Shown here: positions 13,269-28,384 of the stretch, in pieces
How the letters are laid out: each line of letters starts with the position of its first letter
How positions within the stretch are numbered: position 1 is the first letter of the stretch
From: Octopus vulgaris
Taxonomy: Eukaryota
Direction: 5' to 3'
Assembly: GCA_951406725.2 (NCBI GenBank)
Contig: OX597826.1
Span: forward strand, 74,958,001-75,022,000
Length of the DNA: 64,000 nt
Notes under the pieces: generated by a model
The model's input: the letters and a program-made list of their open reading frames with translations, nothing else
What the model was told of the DNA's origin: nothing
Databases searched by the model: none
Made by a program: the position numbers and the translations under genes

Positions 13269-14244
13269 TTGTCAATCAGTAAATATCATAGGGCCCAAAG
13301 CACTGCTTTGCCCAAGGGTCCCATAATGTTACTAAGACAGCCTTCAGGAGACATTGTGGAACCCCTTAAAATTGATGAACCTCTTACTTTGGGTTCTGGA
13401 CAGTTTCCATGTTCTAGTATTTTGGATTTGTGAATTTAAAACATCATCAAGAGAGTAAGATTGTTGCAAAAACCATTTATTACAAGCTTTGTAGCTTGGT
13501 CCAGTGAATTCTTCATTACTAACATTAAAGAATTTGGAATAATTCTAGAAATGAACTGACCCTGCAAAATGGACTAAATAATTATAAAAGGAAGACAAGA
13601 TTCCCATTCAGTATTTCCTCCATTGACAAGCTTTACATGTAGTCTCGTGATAATAGAGGAAGTTGTTTGCAAGGATTAATGAGTTTTGATGAGTTTTATT
13701 GTATAAATGTAATCAGTTGTGTGCTGTCTTCATTCTTGGATAAGTGTTTTGCTGTTAATTGAAGTTTTATGTTGAATAAAGCCATCAGATAAGGTGTCTT
13801 TCAATTGCACAACAGATAGATAGCTGGCTAGTTGGCTGGCTAGCTGGCTGGCTGGATGAATGGACAGATGGACAAACGGACGGAGGGATTTAAAGACAGA
13901 TGGATGGATGGACGGATGGACGGATGGATGGAGGGAGGGTAGGCTGGTAGGTTGACTGGCTGGATAGATGATTGGATGGATGGAGGGATGGATGGATGGA
14001 TGGATGCATGGATGGATTGATGGATGGGTGGATGGATGGATGGAGGGCAGATTGGCTGGACAAATAGAAAAATGGACAAACAGATGGATAGATGGGTGAG
14101 TGGTTGGCTGGTTGGTTTGTTGGTTGAATATCTTAGTTTACAGTTTTGTCTTTCCCTATTATTCATTAAATATTTTCATTTCATTAATATACAAATAGCC
14201 CCTCCAACATATCCATCTTGTTAATAATAATAATAATAATGATG

Positions 14245-14299
<55 letters not shown>

Positions 14300-14490
14300 T
14301 AATAATAATAATAATGATAATAATAATAATAATGATAATAATAATAATAATAATAATTTATTGAAAGAATAAAGTATCATTAAAGAATTGATCAGAAACA
14401 AATGCGTGACATAAATATATGAATGTAAGAGTTTCCATTCTTTAAATCTGACTTCATCTTTCAATTAGAAATCAATATTGTAACTTTAAA

Positions 14491-15780
<1,290 letters not shown>

Positions 15781-15901
15781 CAGTCATCCAACTAATTGTT
15801 CAAATAATATAAAAGAAAACCAAATCCAGATGTTCGGTATACATGACTCAGCTCCTGGAGACCCAGACAGAAAACCACTTTATAATATTTAGTCTTGTCA
15901 C

Positions 15902-16745
15902 GGCGGCAAGCTGGCAGAAATTGTAGCACACTGGGCGAAATGCCTAGTGGTATTTCGTCTGCCGCTATGTTCTGAGTTCAAATTCCGCCGAGGTCGACTT
16001 TGCCTTTCATCCTTTCAGGGTCGATAAATTAAGTACCCGTTACGCACTGGGGTCGATGTAATCGACTTAATCCGTTTGTCTGTCCTTGTTTGTCCTCTCT
16101 GTGTTTGGCCCCTTGTGGGTAATAAAGAAATAGGTATTTCGTCTGCCATTATGTTCTGAGTTCAAATTCCGCCGAGGTCGACTTTGCCTTTCATCCTTTC
16201 AGGGTCGATAAATTAAGTACCCGTTACGCACTGGGGTCGATATAATCGACTTAATCTGTTTGTCTGTCCTTGTTTGTCCCTTCTGTGTGTAGCCCCTTGT
16301 GGGCAGTAAAGAAAAAAGAAACATTAGCAGACTGGGTGAAATGCTTAGTAGCTTTTCTTCTGGCTTTACGTTCTGAGTTCAAATTCCGCCGAGGTCGACT
16401 TCGCCTTTCATCTTTTCGGGGTCAATAAATTAGGTAACAGTTGAATACTTGGGTCAATGTAATTGACTGGACCCCTCCTCTAAAATTACAGGCCCTGTGT
16501 CTAGAGTAGAAAGGACTGTTTAGCTTTGTCAGGGCAGCAAGCTGGCAGAACTATTAGCATACCAGGTAAAATGCTTACCAGCATTTCGTCTGTCTTTACA
16601 TTCTGAGTTCAAATTCCGCCGAGGTCGACTTTACTTTTCATCCTTCTTGGGTCAATGAAATAAACACTGGTCAAACACTGGGGTCAATGTAATCAATTTA
16701 CCCCACTCCACAGAATTGCTGGCCTTGTGCCAAAATTTGAAACTA
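15902..16745 (+). mobile_element. Head-to-tail array of four SINE family B units
   Basis: GTTCTGAGTTCAAATTCCGCCGAGGTCGAC recurs at about 15969, 16153, 16370 and 16601; related copies at 1440, 2185, 54793, 56705, 57840 and 63403. Confidence 0.8.
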
Positions 16746-16936
16746 GTGTTATAGTTTTGTCTCTCTACAGTTTGAGTTCAAACTCTGTCATGGCACTGTA
16801 TAAGACATGTCTCCATTAGAACCAGACAACTACAATCTCTTTCTCTCTCTCCCTCTCCCTCTCCCTCTCTCTCTCTCTCACTCTTTCTCTCACTCTTTCT
16901 CTCTCTCTTTCCCCAAAATATACTGACATTCTCAAT

Positions 16937-17570
16937 AGGCGCAGGAGTGGTTGTGTGGTTAGTAGCTTGCTTACCAACCACATAGTTCCGGGTTCAGTCC
17001 CACTGCGTGGCACCTTGGGCAAGTGTCTTCTACTATAGCCCTGGGCCGACCAATACCTTGTGAGTGGATTTGGTAGACGGAAACTGAAAGAAGCCCGTCG
17101 TATATATGTATATATATGGTGTTTCATGTTCTTGTCCATGTCTGTATTTATTTTTTACTGTTTACATATATGTATATATATATATATATGTGTGTGTGTA
17201 TATATATATATATATTCCTGAGTGCCATACTAATACAATTGTTTGTTTGTATTCCACCTGCCTTCGTCTTTTGTTTATTTCCGTAAACCTGCCTTCATCT
17301 TTTGTCTATTTTCATAAAGCTTCCCGTTATATATATATATGTGTGTATATGTGTGTGTGTTTGTTTGTCTGTGTTTGTCCCCCCAACATTGCTTGACAAC
17401 CGATGCTGGTGTGTTTACGTCCCCATCACTTAGCGGTTCGGCAAAAGAGACCGATAGAATAAGTACTGGGCTTACAAAGAATAAGTCCTGGGGTCGATTT
17501 GCTCGACTAGAAGCGGTGCTCCAGCATGGCCGCAGTCAAATGGCTGAAACAAGTAAAAGAGAGAAAGAGA
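16937..17570 (+). mobile_element. SINE family A with a secondary insertion in its microsatellite
   Basis: Head and tail intact; centre expanded. Confidence 0.85.
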
Positions 17571-17577
17571 GGTATAA

Positions 17578-17820
17578 TTGTTACATTATTTACATTATTT
17601 ATATTATTTACATTTGACGGATATCTGTCCTCAGCTTGTTTGTTGTTTACACAAAGTTTCGGCTGGTATACCCTCCAGCCTTCATCAGGTGTTATATTCA
17701 AGTCAGGTGGTATTAGCTGAAACGTTGTGTTAACAACAAACAAGATGAGGACAAATATCCATCAAATGTAACTAATGTAAATAATGTACATAATTCCTCA
17801 TCTCTTAAATATAGAACTGA
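17578..17820. mobile_element. Penelope-like inverted-arm element (family 2)
   Basis: Inverted arms with GATATTTGTCCTCATCTTGTTTGTTGTTAAC-type sequence and (ACATTATTT)n; the same element occurs at 54340-54610 and 60552-60897. Confidence 0.65.
17649..17692 (-). ncRNA. Minimal hammerhead motif, same family as 60801 (stem III mutated)
   Basis: Minus strand ACAC-CTGATGA-A-GGCTG...CAGCC-GAAA-CT-TT-GTGT. Confidence 0.55.
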
Positions 17821-18172
17821 ACAGGTATAATTATTATTGCAATTAGAACATATGATAAGGATAATTTTATGACTTGTCTTCATAAAAATATTTGTCCCAG
17901 TATTTTAGTAAATAGTTTGTAAAACATTGTTGAAATTATATACGTTTTTAGTTTGAGAACTTCATTAATGGCGGTGCCCCAGCATGGCCACAGTTCGTGA
18001 GCTGAAACTAAATGAAATAAAAAAAAAAAAAAGTTATGTTTAACGTGTGTGCGTGTGTGTGACTGTATGAAGTGAGCAAAAAAGTGAAAGTGGTACTCTG
18101 TACATTTGATAGGAGTTGCCTGGTCTGTCCTACACACCCACAAAACATTAAGTCATATGAAGCTGTATCAAA

Positions 18173-18212
<40 letters not shown>

Positions 18213-18314
18213 ATACATATATATATATATATACATTCAAAATGTGACCTCGTGTGTACCGTTGGCGATTTTTTTTCCTCTGTCTTCCCTTCTCTGGATC
18301 TTTCCTTTTCCTAT

Positions 18315-18349
18315 GTTTCTGACGAAGAGCTCCGCTCGAAACGTTAAAC
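18315..18349 (+). ncRNA. Minimal Penelope-type hammerhead motif (35 nt)
   Basis: GTTT-CTGACGA-A-GAGC-TCC-GCTC-GAAA-CG-TT-AAAC; stems I and II pair perfectly; stem III is reduced to the palindrome AACGTT. Confidence 0.7.
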
Positions 18350-19417
18350 CCTCCTTCTTTCCCTCTTCCCTGAGCATCCAATAATACTATATTTGTTCCA
18401 CGTCCTTGTGTTGTTGTGTTTTTTTGTGCTTTCATGTTTGGATTAACTATATATATATATAAGGCATTACTTGTTTTAGTTATTAGATTGCAGCCAAGCC
18501 TTAAAGGGGGTAGTTGGACAAATCAACCCAAAGTACTTTAATTTTTTAACCTGGTACTTATTCTCTCTGTTTTACTGAACCACTAAGACATAGGAATATA
18601 AACAAACCAACACCAGTTATCAAGTGGTGGTGAAGGACAAATATGAACACACACACACACACACACATATATATACTCATGCCAGCATGTGTGTGTGTAT
18701 ACATATAGGCATGGCTGTGTGGTAAGAAGCTTGCTTCCCAACCACTTGGTTCTGGGTTCAGTCCCACTGCGTGGCACCTTAGGCAAGTGTCTTCTACACT
18801 ACCCTCAGGCTGACCAAAGCCTTGTCAGTGGATTTGGGAGATAGAAACTGAAAGAAGCCTGTTGTGTGTGCGTGTGTGTGTGTGTGTGTCACAGTGCATC
18901 TACATGCATATTTCTGTGTCTATCTTTGTCCCCCATGACTACTTGACAACTGGTGCTAGTGTCTCCCCATAACCTAACGGTTATGTCCTGGGGCCAATTC
19001 ATTCAACTAAAGAAAATAAATTCCCAAAGTCGCTGCTCCAGCATGGCCACAGGCTAATGACTGAAATAAGTAAAAGATAAAAAATATTATTCTTTTATCC
19101 TTTTACTTGTTTCAGTCATTTGACTGCGGCCATACTGGGGCAGCACCTTAGATAGTTTGAGTCGAAGAACTTGACCCCAGGACTTATTCTTTGTAAGCCT
19201 AGCACTTATTCTATCAGTCTCTTTTGCCAAATTGCTAAGTGACAGGGACATAAACACACCAACATCATTTGTCAAGTGATGGTGGGAGGACAAACACAAA
19301 CACAAAGACACACACATAAATATATATATATATATGTATATATATACATATATATACACACATATATATATATACATATATATACACACATATATATATA
19401 TACATATATATACACAC

Positions 19418-19450
<33 letters not shown>

Positions 19451-20070
19451 CACACATATATATATATCGCTGTGACCATGACTGACCAGGCTATCAGATA
19501 TTGCTACACATCCCTGGTCACAATGCGCTTTGCATTGTTTTAGCCGTCAAATGACGCCACCCCACTGGCTAAGCGAGCCGGCCAATATATATACACACAC
19601 ACACATGTATATACGATTGGCTTCTTGCAGTTTCCATCAACCAAATCCACTCTCAAGACTTCGGTCAGCTCAAGGCTTACCTCATAGCCACGCCTGCACC
19701 TATATATAAACTGTTTTCATGTTCAGTTATAATAAAACCAATTTTACATTAAACCGAAGGATTATGCAATAGTTTTCGTAGAGGACATATTTGTTATACT
19801 TTTACAGGAATAGTGTTGACAGTAACTTCAAAGTTTCAATCAGTTAATCCATCATACAAAGGGCTTCTTTCAGTTTCCGCCTACCAAATCCAGTTGACTA
19901 TTCAGGAGCTGTAGTAGAAGACCCTTGCCCAAGGTGCCACACAGTGGGACTGAACCTGGAATAGTTTGGTTGGGAAACAAACTTCTCACTACACCGCCAC
20001 ACCCCATAAACACACACACAGAGACTAGTGTATCTATATGGAGAGAAAATGGTACACATACATACGTACA

Positions 20071-20127
<57 letters not shown>

Positions 20128-20472
20128 GTGTGTGTATATATATATATATATATCAAAAATAAGGGTGAAAAAATTGGATATTAATTTAATAATAACATCA
20201 ATTTAACACCAAGTGGTTGAGACCATTGCGGATCTATTTTTAGCGCAAGAGCGACCACATAGTGGACACTCTCTTATATTTGTGTATGTATATATATATA
20301 TATACATATATATATGAGAAATATATGCATACATATATTCAACAATACATAATATACACACAGCAATATACATATACACACATAAATATACACACATATA
20401 CTAACATATATATATATATATGATACATGAATATAACATACAGATACATGTAAGCATACACCCAACATTTAC

Positions 20473-20510
<38 letters not shown>

Positions 20511-20569
20511 GTAATCAGCATATATACATACATATTGGTTGTTAGTTCCCTGATCTGTATGATCATCTT

Positions 20570-20810
20570 TCCTTCTGAAGAGATAGTGCCTTCCCGTCAT
20601 GGGCTCTGAGGAGGTGGCTTTTTAAGGCCCGCTGCTGACCTGCAAGTTCTACTGGAAATTACGCAAGTGTTTGGCACCACCAGACATCTTTCTTGATTGC
20701 CACTGTTACGTAACATGTTAACGTGTCTCGTTAAGCCTGACTTTGACCGTTGAAATTGATTACAGGGTCCCCACTTGAAAACGCTTATCTGCATCGCATT
20801 GTTTGAGGTG
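20570..20810 (-). mobile_element. RTE LINE extreme C-terminus (degenerate C2H2-like fingers)
   Basis: PCNQFQRSKSGLTRH and CVISSRTCRSAAGLK motifs. Confidence 0.5.
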
Positions 20811-20856
20811 ATTAGTGAATCCAACTGTTAACAAGATATGTACTATAATAATAAAT

Positions 20857-21250
20857 GTGGCTGTGTGGTAAGTAGCTTGCTAACCAACCACGTGGTTCTG
20901 GGTTCAGTCCCACTGCGTGGCACCTTGGGCAAGTGTCTTCTGCTATAGCCTCGGGCCGACCAATGCCTTGTGAGTGGATTTGGTAGACAGAAACTGAAAG
21001 AAGCCTGTCGTATATATGTATATATATATGTGTGTGTATATGTTTGTGTGCCTGTGTTTGTCTCCCTAGCATTGCTTGACAACCGATGCTGGTGTGTTTA
21101 CATCCCCGTCACTTAGCGGTTTGGCAAAAAGAGACCGATAGAATAAGTACTAGGCTTACAAAGAATAAGTCCCGGGGTCGATTTGCTCGACTAAAGGCGG
21201 TGCTCCAGCATGGCCGCACTCAAATGACTGAAACAAGTAAAAGAGAGAGT
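20857..21250 (+). mobile_element. SINE family A
   Basis: Near full-length copy. Confidence 0.85.
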
Positions 21251-21638
21251 ATATCACCATGACCGACAAGGCTATCAGATGTTGCTACACATCGCTGGTC
21301 ACAATGTGCTTTCGCATCGTTTTAGCCTTCAAATGACACCACCCTGCTGGCTAAGCAAGCAGGCCAACAGAGGAAAGAGTGAGAGAAAGTTGTGGTGAAA
21401 GAGTACGGCAGGGATTGCCACCACCCCCTGCCGGAGCCTCGTGGAGTTTTAGGTGTTTTCGCTCAATAAACACTCACAACGCCCAGTCTGGGAATTGAAA
21501 CCATGATCCTACGACTGCAAGTCTGCTGCCCTAACCACTGGGCCATTGTGCCTCCACACACACACACACATATATATATATTCAATTTTAATTCAATTTT
21601 TTAAAAAAATATCATTCGATACATAATACATATTTTAT

Positions 21639-21728
21639 ATCTCTGAAGAGCAGAAGTGTTGTCTATAAGTGCTTATCAATATAGGACTTCATTATAGGGA
21701 CAACCTTTTTGCGAAACGATCGTAAGAT
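21639..21728 (+). ncRNA. Type I hammerhead ribozyme motif with extended stem II
   Basis: ATCT-CTGAAGA-[GCAGAAG..GTTGTC..TATAA...TTATA..GACAAC.CTTTTTGC]-GAAA-CGATCG-TA-AGAT. All core nucleotides are present; stem I ATCT/AGAT; palindromic stem III; GUA cleavage triplet. Confidence 0.8.
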
Positions 21729-22644
21729 GCTTAAAAACTTAATTCAAAACTTTTAAACTTTCAAATTTATTTTAGACATCATATTTATATTTTTAATATT
21801 TATTTATTTACTTATATTTTTAATACATAAAGTCTTTCATATGGGTATATCTTTGTGAAAAATTTGATATTGATTTCCTTATATTAATAATAATAATATA
21901 TTATTAAAAAGTATATGTCTGTATATATATATATATATATATGATAATATATAAGTGTATGCATATATACATACATATATGTACATACCTACATATGTAT
22001 GTATATATACATGCATATATGGGTACAGGACATCGAAAAAACGTTGAACACAATGAGAAACAAAAACATAGAAAACGAACTTTTTTTCAAACAACGAAAG
22101 AAACAGAGAAACAAGACATACAACATAAAGACTATTCCCCTTCTTCAGTTGTCCCTGTTTCATCTACCCCGAGTTTTGAAGGTAAGGGCAAGATGCGACT
22201 TCGTTGAAACAGTCCTTCTCGCAAAGCAAATTAGATAAAATTTGGGATTTTTTGCTGAGGGTAAAAATGGTGACAAGAACAGAACAATAAGAACAAAAAA
22301 AGATAGTAAAAACAATAAAAGACAGAACAATGAGAATAAAACAGTAAAAACAAATGATGAGGGTTGCTAAGCCAAGACAATGGAAAAATTATTCTGAACA
22401 CTTCACTTCAATAACACTATTATACTTGTTCCACATCCTCGCGTTGTTGTGTTTTCATGTTTGGATTAACTTTATATATATATATATATATATATACATA
22501 TATTTAAATAATGAGGGTGATAAATTGAATATTAATTTAATTAATATCAATTTAAAACCAGCAGCCTATCATATAGAAAAGTCTGAAAATTCATATATAT
22601 ATATATATATATATATATGTAGGCTGTATACGATATGTATTGGC

Positions 22645-23800
22645 AGGTTGCCAACCTTTCCTAATATGATCCAGAATACATTCCCATTAACTGTATCAAA
22701 AGCCTTTGATGGTTGAATAAGCACTTGATAAAGATCAACACACCATTCAAAACATTTCTCTTGTATTTACCAAACAGTAGTAATCATATCCAAATCTCCC
22801 TCTCCTTCTCCAAGACCAGTTTTGTAGTAAGACAGATGGACACGTTTTTTTGGAGAAGTCAGTTCAAAAGAACCCTTGAAATTAACTTTTAAAAGCAAAG
22901 CGATATCTCAATAGCTTCCACATGCACTTCTTTACCCCTTGTCGTTATATAATGAAAACATGATAGCATTTCCTACTGCAGATGAAACTAGAAAGCATGT
23001 TCGTTCCAGTACTTCATAATACCATTTGAAGTTTGGGCATTCTTAGAATTTTCTTTATCAACCATGGTTGTAATGTATAAATCTTGAGGCCCTTAAAACA
23101 ATTTTATAGTTCATACGTGCAACTAATATCCTTCCTCACAGGCAATGCCTCTATTTCAACAGCTTTTTTATTCATTAGCTGTCCTTCATCCACCATCGCT
23201 TGACAACCGATGCTGGTGTGTTTATGTCCCCATAACTTAGCAGTTTGGCAAAGGGGGCCGATAGGATAAGTACTAGGCTTACAAAGACTAAGTCTTGAGG
23301 TTGATTTGTTCAACTAAAACGCAGTGCTCCAGCATGGCCGCAGTCAAATGACTGAAGCAAGTAAAATTTTTTTTAAAATACTTTTAAAAGAACATGCAAA
23401 AGCCCACAGTTTAGAAAGAACAGTACGGCAGGGATTTAGCATGAATTAAAATAGTCTTTGAATGTTGCACCACGTCTCATGAATCAATTTTGAATACGCT
23501 TGGCATATAATGTCATCTGCATCGTTTGAAGCATAGGTGACAGATAAAGTAACTGTGGGCTTCCAACTGCTTAGGTCTGCACATGTCACAGCTCTTCTGC
23601 TGTCATAGAACTTTCAAGAGATGGAATGAAAAAATGAGGTCACCTTCAAGAAACATCTGTTCGTCACTGGATTATAGTGGTAAGCGCTAATACAATGCAA
23701 ACAGCACTCTCTGAGTCCCTGCGATTAGTAACTAAGGACAGGCTGAAGCAAGATAACCCCATTGTCACATGAAGCCACAGGTTTTACATCAATGTGTCCC
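22645..23800 (-). mobile_element. Degenerate RTE LINE reverse-transcriptase fragment interrupted by a SINE piece (23185-23365)
   Basis: LYQVLIQPSKAFDTVNGNVFWIILGKVG matches the RT motif DLxKAFDTV; many stops. Confidence 0.65.
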
Positions 23801-24471
23801 TCTTCAAGAAGGGTGCTATGACAACAGCTAGGGGACCCTCACTACGGGTGGGTTTGCTGTGTGCCCTGACACCAACCAAGGATATTTCTGTGTACCTATG
23901 CTCAGATGCAATGTCATCACACGTGCTAGTTAACTCATACATACATATGTACATACATACATACACATACAGACACACACACACATATATGCACACACAC
24001 ACATATATGCACACACACACACACATATATGCACACACACACACACATGTGGCCAATGCCAGTACTACTGACTGGCACCCATGCCAGTGGCACATAGAAA
24101 GCACCATTCGAGCGTGGACAATGCAAGTGTCACCAGACTGGCTCCCATGCTGGTGGCACATAAAAAGCACCATTTGAGTGTCGTTAATGCCAGTGCCACC
24201 TGACTGTCTTCCATGCTGGTATCACATAAAAAGTACCCACTACACTCTCAGAATGGTTGGTATTATGCATCCAGCCGTAGAAACCTTGCCGGATCAGATT
24301 GGAGCCTGGTACAGCTTTCTGGATTGCCAGTCCTTATTCAAACTGTCCAACCCATGCCAGCATGGAAAGCAGGCATTAAACGATGATGATGATGATAATG
24401 ATGATGATGATGTTGATGGTGATATATATATATATATACATATATATATACATACATATATGTATATATAG

Positions 24472-24502
<31 letters not shown>

Positions 24503-25489
24503 CGGAGACCCCCTTCGGTCATGACACAGACCATGGGATTGCACCTAGAAAGTTACCCTCCTAGACACAAGTCCGGGCGAGGTTGTTTATGGAAGACCAG
24601 CAGTTGCCCATGCATACCAGCCTCCCCTCTCCACGCCACCAGTGTTATCCAAGGGAAAGACAAAGGTCGATACAGCTTGGCACCAGTGACGTCGCAACTC
24701 GTTTCTACAGCTGAGTGAACTGGAGCAACGTGAAATAAAGTGTCTTTTACTATAGCCTCGAGCTGACCAAAGCCTTGTGAGTGGATATATATATGACTGG
24801 CTTCTTTCAGTTTCCATCAACCAAATCCACTCACAAGGCTTTGGTTGGCTCGAGGCTATAGTAGAAGACACTTGGCCCAGGTGTCATACAGTGGGACTGA
24901 ACCCGGAGCCATGTGGTTGGAAAGCAAACTTCTAACCACACAGCCACACATATACTTACTCGCATATATATATATAGACATAGATACTAAGATGCATATA
25001 CATTCATATTTATATATATACATATAAACGCGCATATGTACACACATATACATACAGACATACATCCTTAACTGCAAGCATAGATAAGTATCTATTCATA
25101 TACCTATATACATACACACATACAAACTTAAATGCATACGTTTCTATTTAAATATAGATTTTAGGTTTTCTTATGACCCAACTTAGAAAGACCTTTGTTA
25201 TTCATGTTTGAGCAGATACTAAATAAATATTACAAAACCTCCGAAAAATCATTAGTGTTATAATTAACAACAATCCTTTACCTCACCCCACCCCATTTAA
25301 CCTTCATTTTTCCCACCTCCCACTCTCTCTCTCCCTCTCCCTTCCCCCCCCCCCTCTCTCTCTATATATATATATAGTTATATATATCTAACAATACTAT
25401 AAAATTCATACAATTGATGGTAACAGCTGTTTCGCAAACAATTCCACACAAACATAATAAAAGTTTACCCTAAAAAGGAACAATTAATC

Positions 25490-25740
25490 TGAAGTCACAT
25501 TACTTTTATTTTAGCAGAGCTAATGATTCATTTGGCTGAGTGTAGGAAAAAATTATGGAAAAATAGGCAAGTTTCTATATGTGTCAAATGTAAAGTGTAC
25601 CAAGCTGTAGCACTTTCGTTTCTGCTGTTTGGAGCTGGATCCTGGATGGACTACAAAACTTGAGTAGACATGTTACATGCATATATGATGAATGAGACAG
25701 CTGCAACAGATTATGAATATTACTCTGATGACAAGGGTCC
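25490..25740 (+). mobile_element. RTE LINE fragment
   Basis: KCKVYQAVALSFLLFGAGSW resembles the conserved K.KVY.AVV..TLLYGAE.W motif. Confidence 0.55.
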
Positions 25741-25793
25741 TCTGGTGTGCTGATCTACCTCCTGTGGTGGAAATCTTCATTGATAGAAATTTA

Positions 25794-26186
25794 TCTCTCT
25801 ATATATAAAGCTGAAGTTGTCTGTGTATAGCAGGTTTGGTAGCCTTCAACTAACACTATCTCCTCCGAGACCCTTTGGCGCAAGTTGACCAAAATTGAGA
25901 GTATGATAGAAGAAGGATTGCTCTTCCTTCTGTAGAAGAAAAAATTCAAATCGGACCATGTTAACACAAAAAATTATTTACATCAAAAAGGTGCTTTTTT
26001 TCTATGAAAATCCCTATTTTTTATGATTTTTTTTGCTGCTGTGTCACCATTTTTCGGTGTATTTCAACCAGAAAAATGTTTACTTAAAGAGAATAACAAG
26101 CTACATAATGCAAAATTTTTACTTTTCAAAAATTCCAATTCTAAAGGGTCGAAACAAACCTGAGCAATGCAGGGCGATACTGCTAG
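25794..26186 (+). mobile_element. Non-autonomous Helitron
   Basis: 5' TC(TCTC)TATATATAAAG; 3' hairpin CCTGAGCAATGCAGG followed by CTAG; inserted between A and T with no TSD. Confidence 0.8.
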
Positions 26187-27709
26187 TATTTGATAAAATA
26201 GTCTGAATGCTAAAAGGTTAAACCTATATCTACATCTAATGACATATCAGATGGTTGCTATCACAGTATTTGCCATCTTGGAACAAACTGTCTTCAATTT
26301 ATGCTGTTTTGTGAGATATTCTCTATGGCAGGCACTTCATGGCATTTCTTTGTTGACAGGAAACTTTGTGAATCCAATTAGTTGCTAAGTGATGACTTGG
26401 ATCAGCATCAGTTAGATTTTGTCAATAGAAAAATGAAGCTCAGATTCATTGCTTTATAGCATGAAACTGTTATCCATTTTAAAAGATGAAAAAAAAAATC
26501 ACCGCAGAAAGAATGTGGAAGGCAATCTCCAAAAATTTGCAGAGCTCAGATATTTTATCAAATAATGTCGGATACTGTAACTCAATTATTTGCAAAGTGA
26601 AATTGTATATTCTTGTGAATATACTAACGAAATTTGTACTGAAATTCACATTTAAATATGAATGGGCTCACGTGGCCAGCTACAGCCTGTATGGTCTTTT
26701 GAACCTAAAGACTTTCCAGCCAGCTATGTCCAGGTTGGTCTCATCATCATCATCATCATCGTTTAACGTCCGCTTTCCATGCTGGCATGGGTTGGACGAT
26801 TTGACTGAGGGCTGGCGAACCAGATGGCTTGCACCAGGCTCCAATCTTGATCTGGCAGAGTTTCTATAGATGGATGCCCTTCCTAATGCCAACCACTCCG
26901 AGAGTGCAGTGGGTGCTTTTTACGTGCCACCGGCACGAGGGCCAGTCAGGTGGTACTGGCAACAGCCATGCTCAAATGGTGTTTTTTATGTGCCACCTGC
27001 ACAGGAGCCAGTCCAGTGGCACTGGCAACGACCTTGCTCGAATGTTTTTTTTTTTGTCAAAAGGGTTAAACTTATATCTACATCTTACGATATATCAGAT
27101 GGTTGCTTTTCATAGCTTTTGTCATCTTAAAACAACCTGTCTTTGATTTACACTGTTTTATGAAATGTTTTCTATGGCAGGTGCTTCATGGCATTTCTTT
27201 GTTGACAGGAAATTTGGCAACTCAAGTTAGTTGTCAAGTGATGACTTAGGTTGGCGTCAGTTGGATTGTATCTATAGAAAAATCAATCAATGATAAAATA
27301 TCTTTTACTTATATCAACTATTGGGCTGTGGCCAAGCTGGGGCACTGCCTCGAAAGGTTTAGTTGAAAAAATCAACCCCAGTCCATTTTTTTAAAGGTTG
27401 GCACTTGTTCTGTTGGTCACTTTTCCAAAACCTTTAAGTTACAGAGACATAAACAAACTAACACTGGTTCTCAGGCAGTGAGGGGACAGACATAAACACA
27501 AAGACACACCTATACACACACACACACATCATACATGCATACATGCACACACACATGCACACATACACACACACATGCACTCACGCACACACACATGCAC
27601 ACATGCACACACACACACACACGCAAACAAGCAAACATACATATATGTATGTATATATATATGTAAATATGTATATATGTATATATATATATGTATGTAT
27701 GTATAAATG

Positions 27710-27743
<34 letters not shown>

Positions 27744-27978
27744 TGTATGTATGTATAAAGATCATTTTAGTTTGCTGTACCCGCACCCCATAAACATAAT
27801 TGTAGTTAGTGTCTTTTGTGACTCTCAGAGTTAATTTTTTTGACTCTTATTTATAGCAATCACCTGTGCTATTTAACCCCCTTTACTTATTAATTCCATT
27901 TTGGTTTTTAATTGCTAGTCACACATATTATATTGTGTTTAATATATCTTAACATATTAATATAACATTGTAGTATCT

Positions 27979-28030
<52 letters not shown>

Positions 28031-28384
28031 AAATGAGATAGGGGTTGAAAATTCAACCCACCATGGGATAACATATATCCAATATACTGCTAGATAGGTA
28101 CCCAACAAGACTAATACATAGATGTTAAAAATTGCCAAGCAATTAGTTCATCTATTGTATTATATGGGCAAAGGTAATAATATTACCGTAAATTAATACT
28201 ACAAAATTAGAAAATGGAGAAACATACTTAAATCAATAAAACATCAACTATCAGATGATACCCAATCAATACTTTATTACACCATTACATATCAGTAAAG
28301 GCATTATACAAAATATATAGTAAATATAAATAGACAAGGAAATAGAAATATAAAATATAAGATATAATATGTAATTATATCATA

